DNA of 64,000 nt. Origin: an uncultured Thermococci archaeon (GTDB lineage: Archaea > CAYQAE01 > CAYVLA01). Both the position numbers and the translations under genes were made by a program. The notes under the pieces were generated by a model. The model saw only the letters and a program-made list of their open reading frames with translations. It was not told the origin of the DNA and did no database searches. The DNA is taken from NCBI GenBank assembly GCA_964549615.1, contig CAZJVP010000090.1, positions 8,107 through 72,106 of the forward strand, read 5' to 3'. Each line of letters opens with the position of its first letter. Within the stretch, counting starts at the first letter, position 1. Below, piece by piece: positions 1 through 9,175 of this stretch.

Positions 1-801
1 CGTAGTTGGACACGCCATAGCTCCAGTAGCCGGGCCCTTCCTCGCACCCGCCGCCCTGGTCGAAGCTTCGCAGATAGCAGTTCATGGATCTGATGCACTT
101 CTCGATCATTGCTGCGAGCCTTCGGCGTTCCTGCATCTCCAGCAGGGCCGACCCGACGACCCCGCAGTTGCACACTGCCGTCCAGTTGTTCACATGCCCT
201 CTGCCTCCGCCGAACATCCACCAGAGATCGTCGTGCTCCAGGTAGGGCCGCCAGCATCTCCTGTCGATCTCGTACAGGATCCGCTGCCTGATCATTGGAT
301 CATGCTCGTCCAACCTGTCACCCATGATGTAAGCCGCCTCGGCAAGGGTTCTCGCAGTCTCAGCCGACACGAGGTCAACCCACGAGAAATCCCGGTACTC
401 GGGCAGCGATGTGCGGCTGTGGGCCGGTATCACCCAACTGCTTTCCTCACATATCGCCCATGCATGGTCCATGATGGCGTCCATGCAGCGTCCCTTGCGC
501 TCGATGCATTCCCCGATGACGAGCGATATCAGGCGCGAGCGCCTCGCATGGATGATCCCGTCGTGGGGAGACCTGTCTCCAGTCCTTGAGTAGTTGAGAT
601 AGAGCGAGGCCGGAACTGCAACGATAGGCTCCGCGAGTTCCTTGTCCAACTTCCCCAGCCATTCACCGACGGAGATTCCAAGCATCGGATTGCTGAGAAT
701 GCCTTGCCAACTACCCTCATCGCGGTACCTTGGCAGAGGAGCCCGCCCCGTCGTGTCCCTGAGGATCCGGTCGATCTCTGCGCGATCCAACTCCCTTATC
801 A
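1..801 (-). CDS. Partial CDS (runs off the left edge): heparinase II/III-like / alginate-lyase-like alpha/alpha-toroid polysaccharide lyase family protein
   Basis: Hand translation of the reverse strand gives an uninterrupted reading frame from an ATG at ~799-801 to position 1. The start reads MIRELDRAEIDRILRDTT and the frame continues ...WMFGGGRGHVNNWTAVCNCGVVGSALL...GPGYWSYGVSNY. The sequence looks protein-like and resembles N-terminal regions of heparinase II/III-type lyases; this is recalled similarity, not a search result. It is absent from the ORF track, probably because there is no in-window stop. Confidence 0.4.
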
Positions 802-937
802 TTGCCTCTCCCGCCGCGCAAGCACCTGCGGTCTTCGGCTTCGGCCGATTTAATGCCTACCCTATCGCTACTCTTTCCAGCGGCAACCAGATGTCAAAGA
901 TTTATCCAAACACGGCAACGGACCAGCCAGTGAGTCC

Positions 938-2182
938 TTGCGGGTCCCGCTCCTGGGCTTGCTGGCAATGATCGCCCTCGCCACCGCCCTACCCCTCGTG
1001 CCGGCAGGGCAATATCCGACCGGGAAGCAGCTCGTCCTCGACTTCCTCATGGTCGGTGATGTCGACGGATGGGTGAACCACCTCGGCGACGACGAGCCTG
1101 CCATCACCATGACCTTGGTCCCCTGCAGGGCATTCGCCCTGGCCATGCCCGATGCGGACCTCTACAGGCTGAGTAGGGTCTACTTCCCCCGGACCAAGGA
1201 ACGGCTGTCCGAATTCGAGGTGCTCTTCTTCAACCACCCCAGGCTGAGCTTCTTCACGTTCCTTCAGCAGGAAATGATGGTGAACTTCGTTGCGACCAAG
1301 GGGAAGGTGTCGATCGCCTATCCGCTCAGCCACTATGAGGACGTGCAGGTCCCTTGGCTGAACAGCCCGCTCTGCAAGGCCTTCCCGGTCGATGCGGAGA
1401 GGTTCTATGCGGCCAAGACCTTGGGCCTGCCCGACGAGTTCCCGGGCTTCGCTGGCCTTGAGCTGGAGCTGGGTCGGCCCCCCGTTTTCAGCGTCTTCCA
1501 GCCGGCTGGCCTGTTTGGCGCCAAGATCTACGAAAAGGCAAGGCCCGCCTATGCGAAGGAGGGTGCAACGGTCTGGCTCACCATGACCGGCGGTCCGGCC
1601 AACGTCCCCAAGGCCCCTGCCTTCATTTCATGGCCCTACGGATCCTCCATCGCCTGGGCCTTCGGCCTGCACCCGGGAAGCCGGCTCAAGCACTGGACCG
1701 AGAAAGGGGATTGGTGGGAGCTGGCCTTCCTGAACGTCTGCATCTATACGATGGGCGAGGAGACGCTGAACTTCGATGAGCTCGTTGAGATGCGCTTGGT
1801 CAAGAGCCAGTTCGCGTTCTACCGTGGGCTCTCATCCATGTTTCAGAGCATCGTTGACTTCGTATCCACGATGGGCGCGAACACCGCCTTGGCGGAGCGA
1901 CTGCAGCTGGAGGCGGACGCGAGAAGGGCCATGGCCGAAGCCTATTACCTCTCAAGGGAGTTCGACCTTGCGAGCGAGGAGATGGAGGAAGCCTTGGAGG
2001 TTGCGCACCGGGCGACCGACGAGGCAACAAGGGCAAAGGAGCGTGCCTTGACCTGGATCTACCTCTCCGAGTGGCTCGCAACCGCTGCGGCTTCCCTGGT
2101 CTCAGCGCTGGCGGTGTGGGGGTTGATGATCAGGAGAAGGCTGTACAGAGAGGTGGGCACGACCCAGGCCAGGCACCTCTAG
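938..2182 (+). CDS. Paralog family member 1: signal peptide, R-x-Y-x-P-R-T domain and conserved C-terminal helix-TM-RRRLYR anchor module; function unknown
   Basis: 414-aa ORF. N-terminal signal-like sequence MRVPLLGLLAMIALATALPLVPA. Contains RVYFPRTKE. The C-terminus ALTWIYLSEWLATAAASLVSALAVWGLMIRRRLYREVGTTQARHL matches six other ORFs in the window. Confidence 0.75.
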   Translation: MRVPLLGLLAMIALATALPLVPAGQYPTGKQLVLDFLMVGDVDGWVNHLGDDEPAITMTLVPCRAFALAMPDADLYRLSRVYFPRTKERLSEFEVLFFNHPRLSFFTFLQQEMMVNFVATKGKVSIAYPLSHYEDVQVPWLNSPLCKAFPVDAERFYAAKTLGLPDEFPGFAGLELELGRPPVFSVFQPAGLFGAKIYEKARPAYAKEGATVWLTMTGGPANVPKAPAFISWPYGSSIAWAFGLHPGSRLKHWTEKGDWWELAFLNVCIYTMGEETLNFDELVEMRLVKSQFAFYRGLSSMFQSIVDFVSTMGANTALAERLQLEADARRAMAEAYYLSREFDLASEEMEEALEVAHRATDEATRAKERALTWIYLSEWLATAAASLVSALAVWGLMIRRRLYREVGTTQARHL

Positions 2183-2248
2183 AGGGAGGGACACCGCAGG
2201 GCCCATTGGCTGCGCACGATCCTGTCACCTGGCCCGTGGCCCGGTTTG

Positions 2249-3481
2249 CTACCTCGTTCTGAACTGGGTGGATGCTACCTGCCTGTACATGCGGCGCCGC
2301 ACCATCAGGCTCCACAGCACGAAGCCGCAGACAAGAAAGGTCGCGGTCACGGAAAGCCACTCCGACACGTAGACCCATAGCAGCGCCTCGTTCTTCACGC
2401 TCTCAGCTACCGATTCAGCATGATCCATCAGTTCCAACGCCCGTGCGGCCCGCTCCAAGGCCGCCTCGAAGTCCTGCTCGAGATAGAGGGTTGCGGCCTC
2501 GGCCTTGACGGAGTCCGCGTTCTGGAGCGCAAGGTAAACCTTCTTTGGATTTGCCCCGAACTTGTCAACGAAGTCTATGAGGGACGCAATGATTATCCTC
2601 CGGTAGGCGAAGGTGGCCATCCTGGTCCTCACCGTGTGCACCAGATCCAGGTCTACGGGTATTGGCCTCTTGGCGCAGTAGAGCATCAGGTTTGTTGCGA
2701 AATCGGGGAGGTACTCCCAGGTCAGAAAGACCGCCCCTCCTCCTGGCGTCCAGTCGCCGGTCATAGCAAATACCGTTCCGTTGCGGTACTCCCATGTTGA
2801 AAAGAAGGGATTCTCGTAGCCTTTGTGGAATCCAGCATCTATGGTAACGATCGCCAGCACCTGTGCGCCGGCCCTTGCTCTGACGATGTTGGAGTCGTAC
2901 CTGACCAGAAACGGAAGGTCCGGCCGCCAGGGGAGGCTCCTCATGAAGACATGCTCAGTGTCCAAGATCGTAACCTTGCCGCCCAGATACGATCCAGCCT
3001 CGGTGTCCACGGGCAAGACCTCACCGACCGGCGTGACCCCCCAGTCCATGTTGCCAGCTACCCCGCCGAAGGTCTCGTATCCGCCTATCATGACGAGCCC
3101 CAACCCCTCGGCCGCAACGGCGTCCCTGAACCACACGCGGTGCGCGGCGGTAAAGCTGTCGACGTTGGAGTCGCTTATGATGATCACGTCGTAGCTCTGC
3201 ACAAGCGACTCGTACGTCCTGGGCATATAGACGCGGATCGCCCTAATAATATCCTGCGCCGAGATCCCGGCGTAGTGGGCCCTTGAAGCCTGGACCGGCG
3301 TTACCTCAAGGAACGGTTCGGCCTTCATGTGGATGTACGGAGTTTGGCCCGGGTAGGGATCGCCTGTGTAGAGCACCCTCACCTTGGATGGCGTTTGGCC
3401 CGTCGCGAAAGGCAGGAGCAGAGATATGAGAAACATCACGAAGAGGGATGAGGCAACGCGTAGCATCGGCGTCCACCTCAA
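2249..3481 (-). CDS. Paralog family member 2 (secreted, C-terminally anchored; predicted flavodoxin/GATase1-like fold)
   Basis: 410 aa. Signal peptide MRWTPMLRVASSLFVMFLISLLLPFATG. Motifs RVLYTGDPYPGQTPY, RVYMPRTYE, YDVIIISDSNV, GLGLVMIGGYETFGG. C-terminus ALLWVYVSEWLSVTATFLVCGFVLWSLMVRRRMYRQV. A TATA-like tatttaag lies ~50 nt upstream. Confidence 0.8.
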   Translation of the reverse strand: MRWTPMLRVASSLFVMFLISLLLPFATGQTPSKVRVLYTGDPYPGQTPYIHMKAEPFLEVTPVQASRAHYAGISAQDIIRAIRVYMPRTYESLVQSYDVIIISDSNVDSFTAAHRVWFRDAVAAEGLGLVMIGGYETFGGVAGNMDWGVTPVGEVLPVDTEAGSYLGGKVTILDTEHVFMRSLPWRPDLPFLVRYDSNIVRARAGAQVLAIVTIDAGFHKGYENPFFSTWEYRNGTVFAMTGDWTPGGGAVFLTWEYLPDFATNLMLYCAKRPIPVDLDLVHTVRTRMATFAYRRIIIASLIDFVDKFGANPKKVYLALQNADSVKAEAATLYLEQDFEAALERAARALELMDHAESVAESVKNEALLWVYVSEWLSVTATFLVCGFVLWSLMVRRRMYRQVASTQFRTR

Positions 3482-3767
3482 GAGGTTGGGCGAGAGCGCC
3501 TTGGGCGTGTGCCCTACTTAAATAGCTTCGCTCAGAAACTCAGAAACCAAGAAACCGGTTCTCCCCAAAGCCGGATGTGGAGGCGCGATGCAGGGGACTG
3601 GCAATTCGGTAACCATGGCAAGGGTACAGACGATGTCAAAGTCTTGGCTGCCTCGGTGCAGATCCTTCATCGTGCCCAGGGATACGAAATATCAAGACTG
3701 TGCTGGAAGCCCGCGTTCTCGCGGCCGCCAGCCGACGAAAGGTGAAGGTAGCCTATGCTACGATCTT

Positions 3768-4184
3768 TCACTTGGGGAGCCATCCTGAGGTTCTCAGGAT
3801 CTCCTGAACCTTGCTGAGAACGAAGACCGCATCGCGATGCGCCTGTCTTGCCTCGCGTTCCCCATACAGTTTCTCGCCGTAGAAGGCAGGACCCCTCTCC
3901 TCACAGAGACGAGTGCACACCCAAGCCATCCTGTCCAGCATTTCCCGATCCACCTCCCCGATCTTCTTCCGCACGGCGTCTGCGAAGACCCTGCCGACGT
4001 CGTGGATCTTCGGGTACTCAACGCCCAAAACAGCAAGTCCTCCCTTCAAAGCAAGCTCGGCAACCTCCTGGGCGCGTCTTACCGCCATGCTGAAATCGCC
4101 TTCTCGCAGTGCACCCTCAAGGTCCCGCTTACAAAGCCTCTCTGCGCTTAGAAGGAGGTCCTGTCCTTTCTTGCGGTTGTTCAT
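3768..4184 (-). CDS. HEPN-domain protein (toxin component of a HEPN/MNT pair)
   Basis: Alpha-helical protein carrying an R-x4-6-H-like motif (REARQAHRD). The start is taken at M18 of the track ORF (MNNRKKG); its ATG overlaps the TGA of the upstream MNT gene in an ATGA arrangement. Confidence 0.65.
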   Translation of the reverse strand: MNNRKKGQDLLLSAERLCKRDLEGALREGDFSMAVRRAQEVAELALKGGLAVLGVEYPKIHDVGRVFADAVRKKIGEVDREMLDRMAWVCTRLCEERGPAFYGEKLYGEREARQAHRDAVFVLSKVQEILRTSGWLPK

Positions 4185-4747
4185 AAGCTGAATACCTCGC
4201 CGGGCTTTAGGTCTGGTTTCAGATCCCAGTACCATGTCCCGTCGTCCAGCCAGACCCTCTTCGACCCTAGCTGCCTGAGACGTTGCTTCACCTCCTCAAG
4301 CCTTTGGGCGAAGAAACCGCCGCGATCGTGGAGTATCCTTGCGTCCTCCACCATGTCCAGGTAGATGTACCTGTTCTCCCTTGCCTCCTTCATCGACAGG
4401 ATGAGGTAACTGATTCTGGGTTCGGTGCCCAGACTTCTCATCGATCTCCTGAACACATCCTCTTCGCGGAGGCGGGACTGTACATCGAGAACCCGGTCCA
4501 AACGGCGGTGATAGTTCCTAGCCGGGTTCCTGATTATCAACAGAAGGTCGATGTCGCTCTCAGGCTTTGCCACGCCTCTAGCCACGGAGCCGTACAGGAC
4601 GACGGAGACCAGGGATTCCCCCAGTGTCTCTTTCAGCAACTCCACGAGCTTCTCTAAGAGCTCGCTGTAGAATTCAAACCCGAGCATCTGGCCGTTCCTC
4701 GTCCTCCTCAAGGTTGCGCACCGCTTTGCCGGACCATGCGCAGACAT
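4181..4747 (-). CDS. Minimal nucleotidyltransferase (MNT, Pol-beta superfamily); antitoxin partner of HEPN
   Basis: The motif LVSVVLYGSVARGVAKPESDIDLLLII is the classic GS...D.D nucleotidyltransferase signature. Start is ambiguous: TTG at 4777, ATG at 4747 or ATG at 4687. Confidence 0.7.
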   Translation of the reverse strand: MSAHGPAKRCATLRRTRNGQMLGFEFYSELLEKLVELLKETLGESLVSVVLYGSVARGVAKPESDIDLLLIIRNPARNYHRRLDRVLDVQSRLREEDVFRRSMRSLGTEPRISYLILSMKEARENRYIYLDMVEDARILHDRGGFFAQRLEEVKQRLRQLGSKRVWLDDGTWYWDLKPDLKPGEVFSL

Positions 4748-5133
4748 GACGATGTGACTATACCAGCGCGCAAACAACGGTGAAGGACCTCTTAAAGCTT
4801 AGCTTGGTTCGGTTCCTTGGGCGAGGGCACCAAGTGGCGTGGGGATCCAGTTGCGGAGAATACTGTCCACAAGTTCCGGGAGGACACCGTCTCTGCATGT
4901 CCAAGTCTCGCGCACGCTACACATTTGGCAAAGGATCTTGCGGGGGACACAAGGAAGCGCCTTTGGCATCCCAAGCGCTCGAATGCCTCAGAATGAGGTT
5001 GTCAGGCCGTTTGTCGTTTTCTGGGATTCACGTGTTCTGGCGTGGGACGTAGCAGGCAATGTGGTTTTCCGCGACCGTTCGTTGGCCCAGTGGGGACAGC
5101 CAGATGGGCAGCTGGGGTTCGAAAACCACTCGC

Positions 5134-7299
5134 TTACTGGTCAGTCGAATTCCCCCGCCAGATCAGCTTAGCAGGGATGGCGTAGAGCTCGTCCACCCCC
5201 TCACGAAGGTAGAACGGTAGTTTCTCCTTGAGCCCGATCTCGCTAGTGTCGATGTCCTTGAAGCCCAACTTCAAGGCCGGCGACCCCGGCCTGAGGTGGA
5301 AGTTCCCGTTGGCGGGATCCACGAACATCGGATCCGCCACTATGCTGTGCTGATCGTACTTCCTGTCGAGGATGGTCAGCCATCTCTCCCAAGACCCATC
5401 TGCCGGGCCGCCGCTCACGGTAAGCGGGCCGTTTGGCTTCCAGATGAGGTTGTAATCCGAAACCGCGACCCTGGTGTCGTTCCAGTTGATGAAACCGTAC
5501 ACATCGCCCTTGGCCCCCTGGATGTAGATGATGTTTCTCAGGTATTCATGGCCCTGTGCCAGCTCGCCCGCCATCTCCATGCTCCTGATGGCCGCGGCGT
5601 TGCCGGGTGCCACGACGAGTATGTTGTTCTCTATCCTGTTCCCAACACCTTTGGTGAAGATGCATTGGTCGCCCCCTATTCCCATGACGTTGTAGATGAT
5701 GTTGTTTGTAACGGTGAAGTAGTCCGCCCCGTCATCAAGGTAAATGCCGCTCTGCAGGGTAAGCCTGTAGTTACCAACGTCATGGATCAGGTTATGATCG
5801 TACGTGTTGTCCCGCCCCGGCCCCCAGCATTCCATTGCCCCGGTATCCTGGCTGTCCAGATTCACATCGTGTATGTGGTTGTAGGCTATGAGGTTGTTGT
5901 GGGAGTAGAGATAGTCGTAATGGTTCTCTCGGGTTGCGCCCTCGATTCGCTTGATGATCTCGGTTGAGATCAAGCCCTTGATGGTCGTGCCGTACCGGGG
6001 CATGTGGTGGATCTCGTTGTGCAGGATCTTGTTGTGGCCGCTCTGCGAGATCTCAACGCCGTAGCCGTGGCCGACTAGGCACCCGCAGTGGTGTATGTGG
6101 TTGTTTTCCACGACGTTGTCATGGTTCACATCCGGCCCGCCGCCCACCCAGTATCCGGTCAGGGAGACGCCGTGCTGCCCATTGAACCGGATCAGGTTGC
6201 CGTAGACCACGATCCCTTGGGCGTGGTACGCTATCATCACCCCGTTGAGCCCCCCATTCTCTATCCGGCAGTACTTGACCGAGCAGTTCTCGGCCCCGCT
6301 TATTTCGACCACGTGCTTATTGCAGATGCCGAGCAAGAGGCCCTCGAGATGGACGTTCCTGACGGGTCTCTCGCTGGATCCCTTGATGAGAACCACATTA
6401 TCGGCGGTCGAGACCACCATCGTCTGATCCCCAATGGGTTCGCGGCTTGGCCAGCAGTAGACGTAGCCCTTGCTCAAGCTTATCTGGGCCTCGCCCGGAT
6501 CGTCAAGAAACGCAAGCACGTTCCTGATGAAGTAGCGATTGCCCGGCGTCATGTCGTAGCCAGAGGCGGTTCCCATGGTGATGATCCTAGCCTCCGGGTC
6601 GACGTCGACTATGGGTTTCTCGGCCGAGAACCAGTCGTGCCCGGGCCAGATGAAAACCCTAGCGTCGGCGAAGTCCAAGCCGCTCGGTTCCAGGTCGGTG
6701 GGCTGGTAGTAGAAGGCCGTCTTTTCCTGTCCTGGGACCGGCCCGGCGATCTTGAAGTAGTCCCATTCGGGCTTGCGCGCCAGTTCCATCCTCCGCCCGT
6801 TCTCGAAAACTTGGAGGGGTTTCGTCCCGTTGGGTATCGGCGCTCGCCAGATCCCGTGCTGGTGTGGGGCCCAGTCGGTTAACCTCAGCCCTCCAACCAG
6901 GCTAGGCGTCTCCGCCGGGTACGCGGCGTACGTTATCGAATGCTCCTCGGTACCCGAATCCTCGGGTCCCAATGCGAATCCCTCCGGAAGGTAGTAGGTA
7001 CCCCCTCTGACCAAGACCCTTACGTCCTTGGTCAGGTTTTCGGCGACGATTCTCCGAACCTCATCGCGGGCCCTCTGAAGGGTGGCGAAAGGCCCATCCG
7101 TCCTCGCGCGGTTCGGTGAAGGAAGCGTGCCTGACCATGAATCATTGCCGTTCGTTGCCACGTAGAAAGTCAACTCCGCCTGTTCCCTGCGCCTCAAAAT
7201 CATCGACCCGAATGCCAGTGCAACCAGCGCGATTAGGATCACTCCGGCTACCTCCCTTCTGGGCAACAACGACGATCCCGCCCTGCTGAAGACCTGCAT
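5134..7299 (-). CDS. Right-handed parallel beta-helix (pectate-lyase-like) repeat protein, N-terminally membrane anchored/secreted
   Basis: 721 aa. N-terminal TM segment, then FYVATNGNDSWSGT...PFATLQRA, as typical for PbH1 proteins. Many repeats of the type NNIIYNV / HDNVVENNHIHHCG / NLIHDVG. Confidence 0.7.
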   Translation of the reverse strand: MQVFSRAGSSLLPRREVAGVILIALVALAFGSMILRRREQAELTFYVATNGNDSWSGTLPSPNRARTDGPFATLQRARDEVRRIVAENLTKDVRVLVRGGTYYLPEGFALGPEDSGTEEHSITYAAYPAETPSLVGGLRLTDWAPHQHGIWRAPIPNGTKPLQVFENGRRMELARKPEWDYFKIAGPVPGQEKTAFYYQPTDLEPSGLDFADARVFIWPGHDWFSAEKPIVDVDPEARIITMGTASGYDMTPGNRYFIRNVLAFLDDPGEAQISLSKGYVYCWPSREPIGDQTMVVSTADNVVLIKGSSERPVRNVHLEGLLLGICNKHVVEISGAENCSVKYCRIENGGLNGVMIAYHAQGIVVYGNLIRFNGQHGVSLTGYWVGGGPDVNHDNVVENNHIHHCGCLVGHGYGVEISQSGHNKILHNEIHHMPRYGTTIKGLISTEIIKRIEGATRENHYDYLYSHNNLIAYNHIHDVNLDSQDTGAMECWGPGRDNTYDHNLIHDVGNYRLTLQSGIYLDDGADYFTVTNNIIYNVMGIGGDQCIFTKGVGNRIENNILVVAPGNAAAIRSMEMAGELAQGHEYLRNIIYIQGAKGDVYGFINWNDTRVAVSDYNLIWKPNGPLTVSGGPADGSWERWLTILDRKYDQHSIVADPMFVDPANGNFHLRPGSPALKLGFKDIDTSEIGLKEKLPFYLREGVDELYAIPAKLIWRGNSTDQ

Positions 7300-7468
7300 G
7301 GTTCCTCGATCGCATTGAATACTGTGACGGTCGCCTGTACCGGTTGGGAAATGCCGCTAATCATCCGACGATAATCGATCTACCGGCCACCGCGTCGGGT
7401 CGGCTCTGAAGCTGGACCGAGCGACCGAGCGAGAAACACATTATAGGTTTGGCCAGCGCTGCTTCAAC

Positions 7469-7675
7469 GTGGACAGCAAGTTCGGGCCGGCCGTACCGAT
7501 TGCGATATCGATCATCGGGGGCATCGGCTGGGTCGTCTTCATACTCCTGCATGCGTTCTTCTGGTCCGAGGGTTTCACGCTCTTCCAGAACATCGTCATC
7601 GGGATCGTCTCGCTGCTGATCGTGATCGCCATCCTGGGAGTCACCTGGGTAGTTTGGGCCCTGAGAGCGGCATGA
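7469..7675 (+). CDS. Small two-TM membrane protein (hypothetical)
   Basis: 68 aa, very hydrophobic (IAISIIGGIGWVVFILL...IVIGIVSLLIVIAILGV). A TATA-like acattatagg lies ~30 nt upstream. Supported only by hydrophobicity and context. Confidence 0.3.
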   Translation: MDSKFGPAVPIAISIIGGIGWVVFILLHAFFWSEGFTLFQNIVIGIVSLLIVIAILGVTWVVWALRAA

Positions 7676-7707
7676 CCCTCCTCAGCCACCCGTGTCTCTA
7701 ATCCCCG

Positions 7708-9117
7708 TCAGTACGGAAGGGTCGACTGAACCAGAACCGCTTCGGGCGGGGAGCATATGTGCAGCTCCTGACCGAGGTCAACCTCGCCGGTCCAGACGGG
7801 ACGAGGAAAACCTTCCAGATCGACCATCGTGTCCTTGCTGTAGAGGAATGCCTTCGTGTGCTGCCTTCCCGCGTCCGGGAGCTTGACGTTTACGTCGACT
7901 GGCTTTGGTCCGCGGTTGACCAAGCAGATGGACCAGGCCCTGCACCCGAATCCGGACGGAATGCTTGCGACAAGCAGCCGCCAGTCCTGGGAAGGTTGTT
8001 GCGTTCGATACGTGGCACACCCCTTCGGGAAATACCTCGACAGAAGCGACCAAGCATGGAACCAAGGCCGCAGTTTGAGTCCCTTCTCCTTGTTCGTCCA
8101 CATGCCCCAGTAGAAGCCGGGGTGCGAGTTGTCGTCCAGCATCCAGGCTGAGACGGCGCTAGCGCCTGCGCGGGCCGCCTGGACCGCGTAATCGGCCATG
8201 AAGAGGCCGTAGTCGTAACTGTCTATTCTCCGGTTGCCATAGGGATGATCCGCCTCGTCGTTAAGGCCCGCCTCGCCCACGACGAAGGGCTTCCCGCCCG
8301 ACTCAGGGTCGTTGGCCCGGATATACTCCAACTGTTGGCGGAGGTACCCCTCCAGCAAACCTGGGCGGACGACGTCATCGCGCTCGTAGCGGTGGATCTC
8401 GTAGGCGCCGAGCAAGATCCGAAGCTGATCCACCGAGTTGCGGAGCCATTCATCGGCGTTGGAGTGGTCCGGCCCCATGAGAGTGACCCGTTCGTCCAGG
8501 TGCCTTTCGGCGAAAACGCGCGCGACGTTCTCCAAGCCCGTCTTCCACCTATCCCAGTCCCCCACCTCGTAGTTGGGCTCGTTGACGAGGATGAAGTACT
8601 TGATGCAGCTGTAACCCCTCTGGTTCACCAGGTAGTCCATGTACGTGCCGATCGCCTCCGCATAGACCGGATCCGCGACATCCTTGACCCCAGGAATCCT
8701 AAGCCACTCCGGCTCGCAACCCCAGTCCGTGAGGAGGACGGTGATGCCCTCTCGCTGGCAGAGGTCGAGCTGTCGGTACAGCCTCTTCATCTCGGGGGTT
8801 TCCCAATCGAACTTTCCCTGCCCAAGGTAGCACCACTTGGTCTGCATCATGGACCTGACCACGGGCAGCCTCATCCATCGGATGCGATCGGCGATCAGTT
8901 CGAAGTCCTCGTCCGTCACCCCATGCTCGTCGTAGCCCCTGGAGTCCCACTCTGCGCCGAAGCCCAGAAAACTATCGCGGGAGACCAACTCCAACGCGAT
9001 CGAAGCTGGCCCGGCCTTGCCGCGCCTGGATGTCAGGCCAACTGAGCAGAGCCACGCAAGCGCCAACCCGCATGCTAGGCCCGCGCCCCATGCCACCCGC
9101 CTCAGCGTCGCTTGCAA
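7708..9117 (-). CDS. Secreted glycoside hydrolase, GH5-like (clan GH-A)
   Basis: Signal/TM N-terminus MQATLRRVAWGAGLACGLALAWLCSV. ILVNEPNYE carries the NEP acid/base motif and FVVGEAG the nucleophile motif, both typical of GH5-type TIM barrels. Confidence 0.6.
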   Translation of the reverse strand: MQATLRRVAWGAGLACGLALAWLCSVGLTSRRGKAGPASIALELVSRDSFLGFGAEWDSRGYDEHGVTDEDFELIADRIRWMRLPVVRSMMQTKWCYLGQGKFDWETPEMKRLYRQLDLCQREGITVLLTDWGCEPEWLRIPGVKDVADPVYAEAIGTYMDYLVNQRGYSCIKYFILVNEPNYEVGDWDRWKTGLENVARVFAERHLDERVTLMGPDHSNADEWLRNSVDQLRILLGAYEIHRYERDDVVRPGLLEGYLRQQLEYIRANDPESGGKPFVVGEAGLNDEADHPYGNRRIDSYDYGLFMADYAVQAARAGASAVSAWMLDDNSHPGFYWGMWTNKEKGLKLRPWFHAWSLLSRYFPKGCATYRTQQPSQDWRLLVASIPSGFGCRAWSICLVNRGPKPVDVNVKLPDAGRQHTKAFLYSKDTMVDLEGFPRPVWTGEVDLGQELHICSPPEAVLVQSTLPY

Positions 9118-9175
9118 CCTTGTTTCCTCCGGTGGAGATCACGAGGGCTCAGAGAGCATTGGCCGCGTCAGGAGG

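Noticed and set aside
3481-3768. Intergenic region with gaaac direct repeats (cagaaactcagaaaccaagaaaccgg), considered as a possible CRISPR array or ncRNA
   Set aside because: Only three short (6-nt) imperfect repeats, no spacer/repeat periodicity and no cas genes. More likely promoter-region low complexity for the divergent genes.
5296-6882. Long + strand ORFs (5296-5967, 6088-6882) overlapping the beta-helix gene on the opposite strand
   Set aside because: Typical antisense ORFs in high-GC DNA. Their translations are Val/Gly/Pro/Asp/His-rich mirror images of the beta-helix repeats, with no motifs. The sense gene has clear domain structure.
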